Made by a program: the position numbers and the translations under genes
Shown here: in pieces, positions 17,444 to 27,795 of the stretch
Position numbering within the stretch: position 1 is the stretch's first letter
Layout of the letters: each line of letters opens with the position of its first letter
Notes under the pieces: generated by a model
Database searches by the model: none
Told to the model about the DNA's origin: nothing
What the model saw: the letters and a program-made list of their open reading frames with translations, nothing else
From: Deltaproteobacteria bacterium
GTDB lineage: Bacteria > JAGRBM01 > JAHCIT01
Length of the DNA stretch: 64,000 nt
Direction: 5' to 3'
Assembly (NCBI GenBank): GCA_026129095.1
Contig: JAHCIT010000001.1
Coordinates: 310,245-374,244 of the forward strand

Positions 17444-19264
17444 ATGGGCAAGCCGCAAAATCGTGTCACCCTTTATGCCTTCATGGCCTTCATCGCTATC
17501 GTCATTGTCACTCATCTGTGGCCGCGATTATTCGTCGGCGTGACGAGCGGTAGCCTTATCCTGCCCCTGGGTCCCGCCGACGAAGGCTACTACCTGGCTC
17601 CCATCCACCAGATCAGCCTGGAACGGACGAACTTCAACCACTCCATCTATTACGAACTCCGGCACGAGGCCGACCTGCCGGCCATGGAGGCCAACATCAA
17701 GCTGTTCGCATGGCTTTCCAGCTTGGTGCCACTCACCCTCACCCAGTTCACAACCCTGATGTACGCCATCTGTGTTGTTGTTCTGGTCCTGCTTTTCAGC
17801 TGGCTTTACTATCGTCAGACAGCCAACAGTGTCTGGACTCTGGCTCTGGTGGCAGCAGCCATTTTCGCTCATGACTATTTGATACTACGCGCACATCCGC
17901 AGGAAACTTTTCTCCAGACGTTCGGTCTTTTCGCTGATCCATTTGTTCCAAGTGCCTACCTCCCCTATATGCGCCCGATGAACCCGCAGGCCTCCAGCAT
18001 CATCTTCCTGATGCTGGCCGGCCTGATGGCGGGTTTCCTTCCGGCCGCGCCCGGTGAACGCCCCCGGACCGCTCTGGCCGCATTCGTCTCGGTAGTAATC
18101 AGCCTTCTTGTAGCCGCCCTGACGGCACTCTCTATCCATACCTGGTATTTCCTCGGTATCTACTGTTTCTCGGTTGTCGGAGTGCTTCTGGCTCTGACCT
18201 TGTTTCAGCGTGAATTCCGGTATCTGGCTCCATCAATCGGATCGGGACTGCTTACCGGGCTCGCATTTTCGCTTCCATTCATCCTTACACTGATGGACCA
18301 GGTGACCGGCAACGCTGCTCTGGATCCAGCTGCATCCGTCAATGCTGTTCCCACTCGCATGCCGGTCATCACGGGTCCCGGTTTCGTCTGTCTGCTGGTG
18401 GCGGGCTACCTCTGGAAAGAAATCCACGCCGGGAACCATCGTGCCGTACTCCCGTTTGTACTGACTGCTGCCGTCCCGGTGGCTGAAAACACCCACGTCA
18501 CCACCGGCCTGATGATAGAGCCATTTCAGGTCGGCTGGCATTATGCCCCGCCCGCATTCCTAAGTGCCGTTGCCTGGTGGGTCGGCGGTCGTGCGAGTTT
18601 CCAGGAAGAGGGTTTCTGGGGAATACGATCAAGCATCTTTATTCTGGCGGCATCTCTGCTGCTAGGAATTATCCATTTGCGGTACAGTATGCAGAATGAT
18701 TTCACGCGGTTCGGCGAAGAAGCTGGACTGGCAGCGGTTTTTGCACGTACAGAACCGCTTTCCGATGGTGAATGCGTCGTAATGGCCGGCAGCCAGGTCT
18801 CTGATCTCGTGCGTCTCTATACTCCTTGCCGGGTATACGGCCAGCCAATCGGAGTCCGCGGCATTGGCCCATCCTCCCGCAACATTGATCGCTTGCAGAG
18901 AATAGCCTCCGTATTCGGAGTGACTTTCGATGGCGCCGACGCCCAGCGGCAGTTGGCCAGTCCGTGGACCGGGTGGGGCGGACGGGATGCCCCGTTCTAT
19001 CTGTTCGGATACCGGGCACGGGACTTCCTTTTTATGGGAAGGCGAATGCTCACCGCCGAGGAACTGTCTGGATACCGCCGCCAGTATGCCGATATTACTT
19101 CCCAATGCGTCGATTACCGGGATCCGTTCCGCGTGGACTACATTATCACACTGGGCGACGAAGACGCCTATCTCCGCCCTGCACGTCTGTGCCAAGAGCT
19201 GGAGCCGGTAACCCGCTCAGGCGTTGCACGGTTGTACCGGGTAACCGACCAGATCCGCCATTAG
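17444..19264 (+). CDS. Polytopic membrane protein, putative GT-C fold glycosyltransferase
   Basis: About 11-13 TM segments, a DEGYY acidic motif after TM1 and a soluble C-terminal domain. Confidence 0.55.
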   Translation: MGKPQNRVTLYAFMAFIAIVIVTHLWPRLFVGVTSGSLILPLGPADEGYYLAPIHQISLERTNFNHSIYYELRHEADLPAMEANIKLFAWLSSLVPLTLTQFTTLMYAICVVVLVLLFSWLYYRQTANSVWTLALVAAAIFAHDYLILRAHPQETFLQTFGLFADPFVPSAYLPYMRPMNPQASSIIFLMLAGLMAGFLPAAPGERPRTALAAFVSVVISLLVAALTALSIHTWYFLGIYCFSVVGVLLALTLFQREFRYLAPSIGSGLLTGLAFSLPFILTLMDQVTGNAALDPAASVNAVPTRMPVITGPGFVCLLVAGYLWKEIHAGNHRAVLPFVLTAAVPVAENTHVTTGLMIEPFQVGWHYAPPAFLSAVAWWVGGRASFQEEGFWGIRSSIFILAASLLLGIIHLRYSMQNDFTRFGEEAGLAAVFARTEPLSDGECVVMAGSQVSDLVRLYTPCRVYGQPIGVRGIGPSSRNIDRLQRIASVFGVTFDGADAQRQLASPWTGWGGRDAPFYLFGYRARDFLFMGRRMLTAEELSGYRRQYADITSQCVDYRDPFRVDYIITLGDEDAYLRPARLCQELEPVTRSGVARLYRVTDQIRH

Positions 19265-19266
19265 AC

Positions 19267-19647
19267 CTATTCCAGCTTAAGATACTGGCTGATCGCGCTC
19301 CGGAGCTGTTCTACCGTGATCGGCTTTTTAAGACACTGTGTGAAACCGGCCGATTTCCCGCCGTATTCCTCCGGGCTTCGCCCGGACACCGCGATGATCC
19401 AGACATCTTTGAGTGCCGGGTCGTTTCTGATAAGCCGAGCGGCTTCCGTGCCATCCATTCGTGGCAGGTTAATATCCATCAAAATCAGGTCTGGACTGGT
19501 ATCACGTGCCCGGTCCACAGCTTCCTGCCCGTCATAAGCGAAAACCAGATTGAGGTTATAGGGCTTTAGCGCCATCGTGTAGAACGCCTTCACAAAAGTG
19601 TGGTCATCTACAACCAGAACGGTCTTTGCGGTTGGTTTGACTGACAT
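19267..19647 (-). CDS. Single-domain response regulator
   Basis: VLVVDD, ILMDINLPRMDG, IIAVS and KKP. Confidence 0.88.
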   Translation of the reverse strand: MSVKPTAKTVLVVDDHTFVKAFYTMALKPYNLNLVFAYDGQEAVDRARDTSPDLILMDINLPRMDGTEAARLIRNDPALKDVWIIAVSGRSPEEYGGKSAGFTQCLKKPITVEQLRSAISQYLKLE

Positions 19648-19803
19648 CCGGCGGATCCAGGCGCAAGTATCTGTTACGGATGGCCGGAACGCAAACACAC
19701 AGCCGCATGTCACGCTCCTTCGGGCCGTCGCCGCCGAACCGAAAACGGGCTACTCTGTGGAAGTCCGAACCATTTCCATCGCGGGGCCGGGAGGAGTTGG
19801 CCG

Positions 19804-21345
19804 ATGATCGAGTTCGTACCCAAAGACAAGATTATGGATTTTGCCCGAATCATGACGACATTTCTGGGCGCAGTCGCCGTGCCGCTCGCGATCCTGTTCC
19901 TGATCCTTCTGTTCTGGGCGATACACGACATTTTCTTTCAGCGGGAACATGCCATCCGCCACAATTTTCCCGTCATCGGGTCACTCCGCTACATTCTCGA
20001 ATCGGTCGGACCGGAACTGCGCCAGTATTTCTTTAGCGATGATACGGGTGATCGTCCGATCTCACGATATGTCCGGAACTGGATCTACCGGTCGGCCAAG
20101 GGCGCAGATTCAAGCCTGCCTTTCGGCACCAAACTGGATATCAGCCAGCCCGGAACCATCCTGTTCCGTCACAGCCCATTTCCGGGGCAGGACACCATCA
20201 AGCCGGACCGGGTGCTGATCGGTCCGGGCAGGCGGCATCCCTATGCCGCACAGCGGTTCAATGTATCGGCCATGAGTTACGGCTCGCTGGGCAGAAATGC
20301 CATTCTGGCGCTGTCAATGGGTGCCAAGACTGGCGGCTTCAGCATGAACACCGGCGAAGGTGGCATCTCGCCATATCACCTTCAGGGAGGCGCGGATCTG
20401 TGCTGGCAAATCGGCACCGGCAAGTTCGGGTGCCGTACCCAGGAGGGGAACTTCTACGTGGAGCTGTTTCAGGAAAACGCCCGCCGGCCGGAGGTAAAAC
20501 TGATCGAGATCAAGCTCTCCCAGGGAGCCAAACCCGGAAAGGGCGGTGTACTGCCGCAGGCAAAGATAACCGAAGAGATCGCCCGCATCCGGAATATACC
20601 CCGGGACCGTGACTGCATTTCCCCGCCGGCTCACCGGGAATGGAATGACGTCAAGGGCTTGCTCGATTTTATCTGGATGCTGCAGGAGGAATCGGGAAAG
20701 CCCGTCGGTATTAAAATGTGCGTCGGTGATCCGGCATTCGTTGGGGAACTGGCTGATGCAATCCGGACAACCGGCCGTTCGCCAGACTTCATTACCATTG
20801 ACGGAAAAGAGGGTGGCACTGGTGCCGCACCGCTCAGCTTCTCGGACCGTGTCGGCTATCCGCTCCGTGAAGCACTGATTCTGGTTGACGACACGTTCCG
20901 CACAAAGGGAGTACGGGACAAAATCCGGCTCATCGCCTCGGCCAAGATATTCACTGGCGCAGAGCTGGCGATGGCCATTGCCCTGGGTGCAGACATGGCC
21001 CAAAGCGCCCGGGGGTTCATGCTTTCAATCGGCTGCATCCACGCGCTCCGGTGTGCCCACAATACCTGCCCAGCTGGCGTCGCCACACACCACCCCTGGC
21101 TCCAGGCGGGCCTCGACCCGTACAACAAGGCGCCACGGGTCACACGGTACCAGGCGGCCGTCATCAAGGACATGCTGGAAATTGTCCGGGCATGCGGTCT
21201 CAAATCTCCATCGGAACTGGACCGGCATCACCTGATGATGGTGGCCGAGCATACGAAGATCGTCGGATTTGACGAACTCCACCCTTCTCGCGGCCCGCGC
21301 CCTGCGGCAGTAATGCCGGAGCCACTCACCGCCGTTTCCGCCTGA
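19804..21345 (+). CDS. FMN-binding glutamate synthase family protein with N-terminal TM
   Basis: SAMSYGSL, NTGEGG, EIKLSQGAKPGKGG, DGKEGGTGAAP and the Fe-S motif GCIHALRCAHNTCPAGVAT. Confidence 0.9.
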   Translation: MIEFVPKDKIMDFARIMTTFLGAVAVPLAILFLILLFWAIHDIFFQREHAIRHNFPVIGSLRYILESVGPELRQYFFSDDTGDRPISRYVRNWIYRSAKGADSSLPFGTKLDISQPGTILFRHSPFPGQDTIKPDRVLIGPGRRHPYAAQRFNVSAMSYGSLGRNAILALSMGAKTGGFSMNTGEGGISPYHLQGGADLCWQIGTGKFGCRTQEGNFYVELFQENARRPEVKLIEIKLSQGAKPGKGGVLPQAKITEEIARIRNIPRDRDCISPPAHREWNDVKGLLDFIWMLQEESGKPVGIKMCVGDPAFVGELADAIRTTGRSPDFITIDGKEGGTGAAPLSFSDRVGYPLREALILVDDTFRTKGVRDKIRLIASAKIFTGAELAMAIALGADMAQSARGFMLSIGCIHALRCAHNTCPAGVATHHPWLQAGLDPYNKAPRVTRYQAAVIKDMLEIVRACGLKSPSELDRHHLMMVAEHTKIVGFDELHPSRGPRPAAVMPEPLTAVSA

Positions 21346-22213
21346 TATCCCGATCAGCCCGCAGGCGATACAGCTCCAGCAGCCGCCGCGTAACGGGACG
21401 TTTTGCGAAGTTTTTTACTTTCCTGCCATCAATTGTCCGCACCGGGTAAATTTCCGAGATACTGGCAGTGAAGAACACCTCGTCTGCATCGTACAGCTCT
21501 CGCCGGCCGAAGGTTTTTTCCTTTACTGCAAGACCTGCCATCGGAGCGATATCCAGCACGATCTGTCTGGTGATACCCGGCAAAAGACCCATGCTGAGTG
21601 GCGGCGTATGCAAGGTGCGGCCTTTCACGCAGAATATCGACGCAGTGGATCCCTCAGCCACCCGCCCCTTCTCATCGACGAAAATCGCATCATCGGATTT
21701 TTGGGCCCCTGCTTCACGGAGAGCCAGAAGACTCCGGGCATAGTTGGAGAACTTCACCTTCGCCGCTCCTGCAGTGTGAAGCCCCTCGACAGTTACCGTC
21801 GAAATACCGTTCTCCTGTTTTTCCGTCACACTGGTTCCGATTGCATAGGCAATCACCAGGACCGTCGGGCGGTCGCCATGAGCTGAAAGCCCCAGTTCCC
21901 GACCGGGCCCCCGGGATATCTGGATGCGGACGAATGCATCTTCGTCCATAAGACGATTTGCCTTCAGCAGCGAACTGATCCGGCCCTCCATGGACGGGAG
22001 CAAATGAACGGCCCTGATTCCAAGAAGGTCCAGTGACGAACGAATTCGCCCCATATGTTCGTCCAGAAATGGCAAGGCGCCCCGGTAGGCACGGATCGAC
22101 TCGAACACTCCATCCCCGTACAAAAATCCGCGATCCAGCGGAGATATTGCAGCCTGGCGGACTGGGACAAGTTTTCCGTTAAGATGAAGGTACCTGGTCT
22201 TTTGTGCCGTCAT
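21326..22213 (-). CDS. pabC: Class IV PLP aminotransferase / aminodeoxychorismate lyase
   Basis: DRGFLYGDGVFESIR, PLP Lys in KFSNY, EGSTASIF and LLPGITR. Coupled to pabB. Confidence 0.75.
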   Translation of the reverse strand: MTAQKTRYLHLNGKLVPVRQAAISPLDRGFLYGDGVFESIRAYRGALPFLDEHMGRIRSSLDLLGIRAVHLLPSMEGRISSLLKANRLMDEDAFVRIQISRGPGRELGLSAHGDRPTVLVIAYAIGTSVTEKQENGISTVTVEGLHTAGAAKVKFSNYARSLLALREAGAQKSDDAIFVDEKGRVAEGSTASIFCVKGRTLHTPPLSMGLLPGITRQIVLDIAPMAGLAVKEKTFGRRELYDADEVFFTASISEIYPVRTIDGRKVKNFAKRPVTRRLLELYRLRADRDIRRKRR

Positions 22214-23571
22214 GATATCTTTCGCTCCGGTTTTTCCATACGTGCAAGGGTATTCTGCAATCCTTCGAGCTTGAGCATGACCTCCGCAGCCTCCGAGTGA
22301 GGATTGCTGTCAGCGACGATTCCACCACCCGATCCAGCCGTGATCCAGTTTCCCCTGCCCATCGCCATTGCCGTACGAATCAGCATGGCGGCCTCGAAGT
22401 TCCCGTCGCGGTCGATGGCAAAGAGCGCCCCGGTGTAGAAACCCCGCGCTGAAATTTCCGTGCGGTCTATCGCCTGAATTGCGGCGCGTTTGGGAGCCCC
22501 CGTTACAGAACCGCCGGGGAACAGCGCACGAACCACGGCGGGGAACATTGCCAATCCCTTTTCCGGGAGTCTGGCCCGGACGGCCGAAACAAGATGGAAA
22601 AGGCCCGGCAGGACTTCAATCCGCTCACGTACTGGAACTTCCACCGAACCAATCGCAGCAATCTTGCCAAGATCATTGCGTTCCAGATCAACAATCATCC
22701 GGTGCTCGGCCAGCTCTTTGGGGTCAGCGAGCAGCTCTGCGGCGGTTTTCTGGTCATTCGCCATATCGCCAGTACGTCGGCGTGTGCCCTTGATGGGAAA
22801 CGTCTCGATCCACGGTCCCCGGCACCGGGCAAAACATTCGGGTGAATTGATGAGAAGGTCCCCAAAACCAAGGCTGATGTACGCCCGGTAAGGCATCGGC
22901 TGGTCCAGCGCCCACCGTTTCCAGGCTGCTTCGGCAGAACCGGCACATCTGAACCTCGCCCGTTGCGACAGGTTCACGACATAATAATCGCCGCGATAGA
23001 TCCCTTTCCGGAGGCTATCGACTCGAGCGGCGTAGTCATTCTCATGCAACTCGTAACCGTCATTCGCAGCGAGAGCCATATATTCCGGTATTGGAAGGCC
23101 CGGAAAAACAAGCGGCGGGGTATCTTCAAATGAAATACCGGTAGATAGCCGGTGCCGGTGAACGGCATGCCCCGGCTGCACCGACTCATAAAAAAATGCG
23201 AGGAGCGATGGCGTTGCAGCAGTTTTTTGCTGAAGCACGACCCCTTCTGTCTGCTCCAGAAACTCGTAACTTACTGCAAGCAGACAGCAAGGAGCCGACA
23301 GCTCTGTGGAAAGCCGGACCGCCCCCACTCCTTCAACCCGTCGTCCCTCAATGATTTTCCTGACCGCCTCAAGCGGGTCTATATCGGGAGGCGGGAGTTC
23401 CGAACTGCCTTCAAAATACCGGGTCCGGCCAGCAAACAGGAGCACCGCCCTGGGGTTTCTGAACTCAAGTGTTGCAGGCCAACCCGGCGTTAATGTGCTG
23501 GCCCGTCCGCCGTGATCAAGCAGTATCGCGTGTCCGGGCGGATGGCGGACTGCCTGATAGAGCGAATCCAC
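22210..23571 (-). CDS. pabB: Aminodeoxychorismate synthase component I (chorismate-binding, PabB/TrpE family)
   Basis: SPECF, PIKGTR, KELAEHRMIVDLERNDLG, FPGGSVTGAPK and GGGIVADS. The N-terminal half is divergent. Confidence 0.82.
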   Translation of the reverse strand: MDSLYQAVRHPPGHAILLDHGGRASTLTPGWPATLEFRNPRAVLLFAGRTRYFEGSSELPPPDIDPLEAVRKIIEGRRVEGVGAVRLSTELSAPCCLLAVSYEFLEQTEGVVLQQKTAATPSLLAFFYESVQPGHAVHRHRLSTGISFEDTPPLVFPGLPIPEYMALAANDGYELHENDYAARVDSLRKGIYRGDYYVVNLSQRARFRCAGSAEAAWKRWALDQPMPYRAYISLGFGDLLINSPECFARCRGPWIETFPIKGTRRRTGDMANDQKTAAELLADPKELAEHRMIVDLERNDLGKIAAIGSVEVPVRERIEVLPGLFHLVSAVRARLPEKGLAMFPAVVRALFPGGSVTGAPKRAAIQAIDRTEISARGFYTGALFAIDRDGNFEAAMLIRTAMAMGRGNWITAGSGGGIVADSNPHSEAAEVMLKLEGLQNTLARMEKPERKIS

Positions 23572-23579
23572 GGGGATCC

Positions 23580-25001
23580 CTACTTCAGCACTACTTCCAC
23601 CGGATCACCCGGGGCCGACTGCTGGCCGGCATAGTCTACCGCGATCAGGCGGTACCGGTAGGTTTTGCTCTTTCCCGGCTCAATGCTCCGGTCAACGTAG
23701 TAAAGCGTTTCCACGCCTGAAACCAGTTCGCTCCATGCACCAACACCGGCAAACAGCGGGATCTGCCTCTGGATGATGAACGTGAGCTTCGGATTTGGCT
23801 CAAGGCCGCGAGCATTCCATTCGAGCCGAACCTGTCCGCCCTGTGCCGCTTCCACTGTCGCCCGGAGATTCGACGGCACGGGTGGAAGTGGCCGCGTACG
23901 GGTTTCCAGCGGTGTGCTGCGGGCACTCTGGAGCCCATCGTCATCAATGGCCGAAACCGAGTAATAGTATGCAGATCCCGGAGCAAGATCGACATCGATA
24001 AACTCGGTCTTGTCAGTCATGCCGATAGGCCGGGGTTCGCGGGCTGTCACTTCCGACCGCCAGATACGATATTTGTTCACGTCGATTTCAGTATTTTTCT
24101 TCCAGTTGATCCGTGCCTGCCGAATTCCGCCCGACGGAGCTTCGACGCCCACCGGTTGCAACGGTGGCGGCTTGGTCGTGGCCTGCACGGGGACGGAGGG
24201 CTGGCCGAATGTACCGAACCGGTCGATTGCCACCACCCGGTAATGATAGGTGGTAAGATCATCGAGCGAACCCAGATCACTGCCACGGGAACCGTCAATA
24301 AATCCGGTTGAAAACCGCCCGCTGGCCCTGCCCACTTCCCGGTAATCGCCATCGCGCAGTCCTGAGCGGAATACCACATATCCTGTCACCCGGCTGTCAC
24401 TGGCAGCCCGCCATGTGATCGGAATGACACGCGGAGCATTGGAATAGGCTTTAACATCTTCGACCACAGGCGGGACGGGTGCAGTGGTCGCAGATATCCA
24501 GTTGGAACAGGCACTTTCACTCTTGTCCTCACCAAAAGAACTGACACAATAAAAATAAGTAGTGTTGTAATCGACCTCGTTGAAGAAGGATTTCTGGTCC
24601 ACATAATAGGTGGCGTGCCGGCCATTATTGGTTCCGATCCGCACACCTCCCGGACGCGCCTTGTCCCGGCGGTAAATATGATATCCGCGCAGTGCTCCAC
24701 GGGTGACCGGCTCCCAACGGAGATAAACCATCCGTTCAAGTCCGGATGTGGCTGTCACTGCCTCTGGAGGCCGGATTGCCGCCGAGGGAACCGACGGGGG
24801 CTCCTTGGGTTCGACCCGTATAGCGTCAGCCTGGGGCTGCCCTTCAGCACCTGGCTGGCCTGTTACGCCACTGGTAGACGATGATGAAGACGCAGCACCT
24901 ATTCCCTGATTACCCGCTCCGCCAGCCTGGGGAAACTGCACGCATGAAACAGTCACCAGCGTCGCAATAATTGCGAAAATCCTGAAAATCAGCCTGGGCA
25001 T
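23580..25001 (-). CDS. Fibronectin type III repeat lipoprotein
   Basis: Signal peptide with lipobox TVSC, a low-complexity linker and four FN3-like units (L.W..GY.IYR..YYY.V.A.D..G..S). Confidence 0.8.
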   Translation of the reverse strand: MPRLIFRIFAIIATLVTVSCVQFPQAGGAGNQGIGAASSSSSTSGVTGQPGAEGQPQADAIRVEPKEPPSVPSAAIRPPEAVTATSGLERMVYLRWEPVTRGALRGYHIYRRDKARPGGVRIGTNNGRHATYYVDQKSFFNEVDYNTTYFYCVSSFGEDKSESACSNWISATTAPVPPVVEDVKAYSNAPRVIPITWRAASDSRVTGYVVFRSGLRDGDYREVGRASGRFSTGFIDGSRGSDLGSLDDLTTYHYRVVAIDRFGTFGQPSVPVQATTKPPPLQPVGVEAPSGGIRQARINWKKNTEIDVNKYRIWRSEVTAREPRPIGMTDKTEFIDVDLAPGSAYYYSVSAIDDDGLQSARSTPLETRTRPLPPVPSNLRATVEAAQGGQVRLEWNARGLEPNPKLTFIIQRQIPLFAGVGAWSELVSGVETLYYVDRSIEPGKSKTYRYRLIAVDYAGQQSAPGDPVEVVLK

Positions 25002-25167
25002 CAGTATGCTCTCTCCTGCAAGCCGCGGGGTGCTCCAGCCTTCGAAACGGCCGGGGTCCGTCCGAATAGCACGGCCGGGCGCGGGGACCAACCGGATGAG
25101 GATACCCCTATTTCCGTCCGCCATGCCTGCGTGTTACAGGTTTTTTAATAAGATGAGGGCCAGTTCC

Positions 25168-26004
25168 ATGAACAGTAACGGGAAAACGGTTCTTATTACG
25201 GGTGGAAACAGCGGTATCGGTGCTGCAGCAGCAAAGGCACTGGCCCTTCAGGGGTTTTCAGTTGTGATTGCCTGCCGGAACCAGGATAAAGCCACCCGCG
25301 TACGCGACGAGATCAACCGGGAAACCGGGAACGGGACGGTCAGTGTGCTGAAGCTGGATCTGGGTTCGTTCCGTTCGGTACGTGAATGTGCCAGCCAGTT
25401 CCATGCACAGCATCAGCGGCTTGACGTGCTGGTCAATAATGCCGGCCTTGCTCCACCCCGGAAGGCGCTAACCGAAGACGGTTTCGAACAGCAGTTCGGG
25501 GTCAACCACCTGGGGCATTACTTGCTGACCCGCCTTCTCATCGGTCTTCTGAAACAATCCGCCCCGGCACGGATCATCCACACCTCATCAATGATGCACT
25601 GGCTGGGATCGATCAATCCGGCAAGTTTCCGGGGAGAGACATTTTACAATCCGCTGGGTGCGTACGGTCAGTCAAAACTTGCCAATATCCTGTTCAGCAA
25701 CGAACTGGCCCGGCGGCTGAAAAATGACGGCGTCGTTTCCAATGCGTTCCATCCCGGAGGTGTGGACACAGGGATATACGATTCCTACCCCCGGCCGGTA
25801 TCGGCCATCATCAAGCGGTTCCTGATTCCGGCAGAAAAGGGTGCCGATACGGCGGTCTGGCTAGCCAGTGACCCGGCAGCGGCTGGCATTTCGGGCAGAT
25901 ATTTTATCAATCGCAAGGAGGCACGGACCTCCGCCAAAGCCCGGAACCCCGGCCTTGCTGCAGAACTCTGGGACGAGAGCGCCCGACTATGCGGTCTGGA
26001 TTAG
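25168..26004 (+). CDS. Short-chain dehydrogenase/reductase (retinol dehydrogenase-like)
   Basis: ITGGNSGIG, LVNNAG, FGVNHLGH and YGQSK. Confidence 0.9.
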   Translation: MNSNGKTVLITGGNSGIGAAAAKALALQGFSVVIACRNQDKATRVRDEINRETGNGTVSVLKLDLGSFRSVRECASQFHAQHQRLDVLVNNAGLAPPRKALTEDGFEQQFGVNHLGHYLLTRLLIGLLKQSAPARIIHTSSMMHWLGSINPASFRGETFYNPLGAYGQSKLANILFSNELARRLKNDGVVSNAFHPGGVDTGIYDSYPRPVSAIIKRFLIPAEKGADTAVWLASDPAAAGISGRYFINRKEARTSAKARNPGLAAELWDESARLCGLD

Positions 26005-26060
26005 TTCGCGCAAAAAAGTGAACTGCTGGTAAATTTACTATCTGCACCCTGCAAAGGGAG

Positions 26061-26110
26061 TTGCCGGGAAGCACCCTTCAGGATAGCGTCCAACTTTAGA
26101 CAGATTCCAA
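26061..26110 (+). promoter_or_regulatory. ahpC promoter with a PerR/Fur-family-like operator at the transcription start
   Basis: TTGCCG-17-TAGCGT followed by the imperfect 7-1-7 repeat TTAGACA-G-ATTCCAA (26096-26110). Confidence 0.5.
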
Positions 26111-26168
26111 ATCGCCCGGGTTATCCTGCGGGCGATGGACCTCAAGAACAGACTGGAGAAAAAGAACC

Positions 26169-26765
26169 ATGAGCGTACTCGTACAGAAACCCGCACCCGA
26201 TTTCACCACTACTGCCGTCATGCCTGACGGCTCATTCAAGGAAGTGAAGCTATCCAGCTTCAAGGGCAAGAACTACGTGTTGCTATTTTTCTACCCGCTC
26301 GACTTCACCTTCGTCTGCCCAACAGAAATCATCGCGTTCTCAGACCGGGCCAAGGAGTTCGAAAAGCTCGGCGTGCAGATACTCTCGTCCTCCATTGACA
26401 GCCAGTTCACACATCTCGCCTGGCAGGAACGCCCACGCAAGGACGGCGGTCTCGGCAAGATCAGCTACCCGATGCTGGCAGATGTGGGCGGAAAGATTGC
26501 CCAGTCCTACGGTGTACTGCTCGATTCGGGTGTGGCACTGCGTGGACTTTTCCTGATCGACAAGGCGGGCATTGTCCGTCATCAGGTTGTGAACGACCTG
26601 CCGCTTGGACGAAGCGTCTCCGAAGCCCTCCGCATGGTTGAAGCACTTCAGTTCTTCGAGAAAAACGGCGAGGTCTGCCCTGCTGACTGGGAAGAAGGCA
26701 AGCTGACAATCAAGCCAGATCCGAAGAACAGCAAAAAGTTCTTCGAGAAGGCTTACAAGAGCTAA
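26169..26765 (+). CDS. ahpC: Typical 2-Cys peroxiredoxin
   Basis: [13 protein letters not shown] and GEVCPADW. Confidence 0.95.
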   Translation: MSVLVQKPAPDFTTTAVMPDGSFKEVKLSSFKGKNYVLLFFYPLDFTFVCPTEIIAFSDRAKEFEKLGVQILSSSIDSQFTHLAWQERPRKDGGLGKISYPMLADVGGKIAQSYGVLLDSGVALRGLFLIDKAGIVRHQVVNDLPLGRSVSEALRMVEALQFFEKNGEVCPADWEEGKLTIKPDPKNSKKFFEKAYKS

Positions 26766-27730
26766 TCCCCCTGCTCTTCGCCTGAATCGCCGGCCTCTGT
26801 GGTATTCCGTTCCATCAGGGCGCGAAGCTCGTCGATGGACATGCCGCGGGGGCCGTCGAGGCGTTCCACACGTTCTTCCGAAGCAGTTCGCTTGTGGATA
26901 CCCTTTACATGCAGATCGGGATAGCCCCTTCGCTCCAGTTCAATCGTTGCGATACGGATGAGCGTGTGATCCTTGTGGTGAATCCGGACCAGTTCCATGA
27001 GATCCTGACGGGTGATTTCCTGGGCCAGTTCCCGGCGCACGCCGATTTCAAGCCGGCGGTTACGGAACAGCGCCCGCCGGACCGGATAACGGACCCCCCA
27101 TTCCGGATGCTTCAGCACCAGTTCCAGTGCCCGGAGTTCCCAGTCTCCCTGGGCAAGACCCACTTCGAGCACCCGTTCGTTCATCCGTGGATTGGCAAGT
27201 GCTGCCTCGACGACAAACCGGTGTGGTGAGCCCTTAAACAATATCTCCAGAATTCGCGGAGTGGCCTTACGAGCCATCGTGATCCGCTGACCGATTGGCA
27301 TCACCTTGAGCCGGTCCTGGAGGGTTCGTTCAATGACGATCAGGGTATCCCGGGTGATGTACGGGCTGTTGGCAATATCGCACAGATGGAATGCATCCAG
27401 CGATCGCACCACTGGATGCAAAATCGCCACCGGGATCCGGGGATTCTTGGCGGCTGCTACGCGGATGGATTGCGACTTCCACCAGTGATCCAGCGTATGA
27501 ATGCGCTGGAAAACCCGGGGGTTCAGATCCCTCCGTTCGATGAACTTGATCCGCTGGATGAGGGTAAGCTGCTCGTTTTCTACCAATGCCATTGCAACAT
27601 CGGGATCCCGGTTATGGACAAACACCCAGGCGGCATCGCCGCATACCGTGCGGGCGCGATCGAGAAGTCCGGCCTTCTGCGCCGGACTTTCGGTTGCAGG
27701 CTGAAGTGCAGGGTTGCTCATGGCTTCCAA
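26762..27730 (-). CDS. Hypothetical alpha-helical repeat (LRV/HEAT-like) protein
   Basis: Repeated ALxxNP/NR motifs ([25 protein letters not shown]). 4-nt convergent overlap with ahpC. Confidence 0.65.
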   Translation of the reverse strand: MEAMSNPALQPATESPAQKAGLLDRARTVCGDAAWVFVHNRDPDVAMALVENEQLTLIQRIKFIERRDLNPRVFQRIHTLDHWWKSQSIRVAAAKNPRIPVAILHPVVRSLDAFHLCDIANSPYITRDTLIVIERTLQDRLKVMPIGQRITMARKATPRILEILFKGSPHRFVVEAALANPRMNERVLEVGLAQGDWELRALELVLKHPEWGVRYPVRRALFRNRRLEIGVRRELAQEITRQDLMELVRIHHKDHTLIRIATIELERRGYPDLHVKGIHKRTASEERVERLDGPRGMSIDELRALMERNTTEAGDSGEEQGD

Positions 27731-27795
27731 ACACGAAGAATATCACAGCCCCCCGCCAGAGACACCGGGCGGCTGTTTCGGCTAAACTGGAGACC

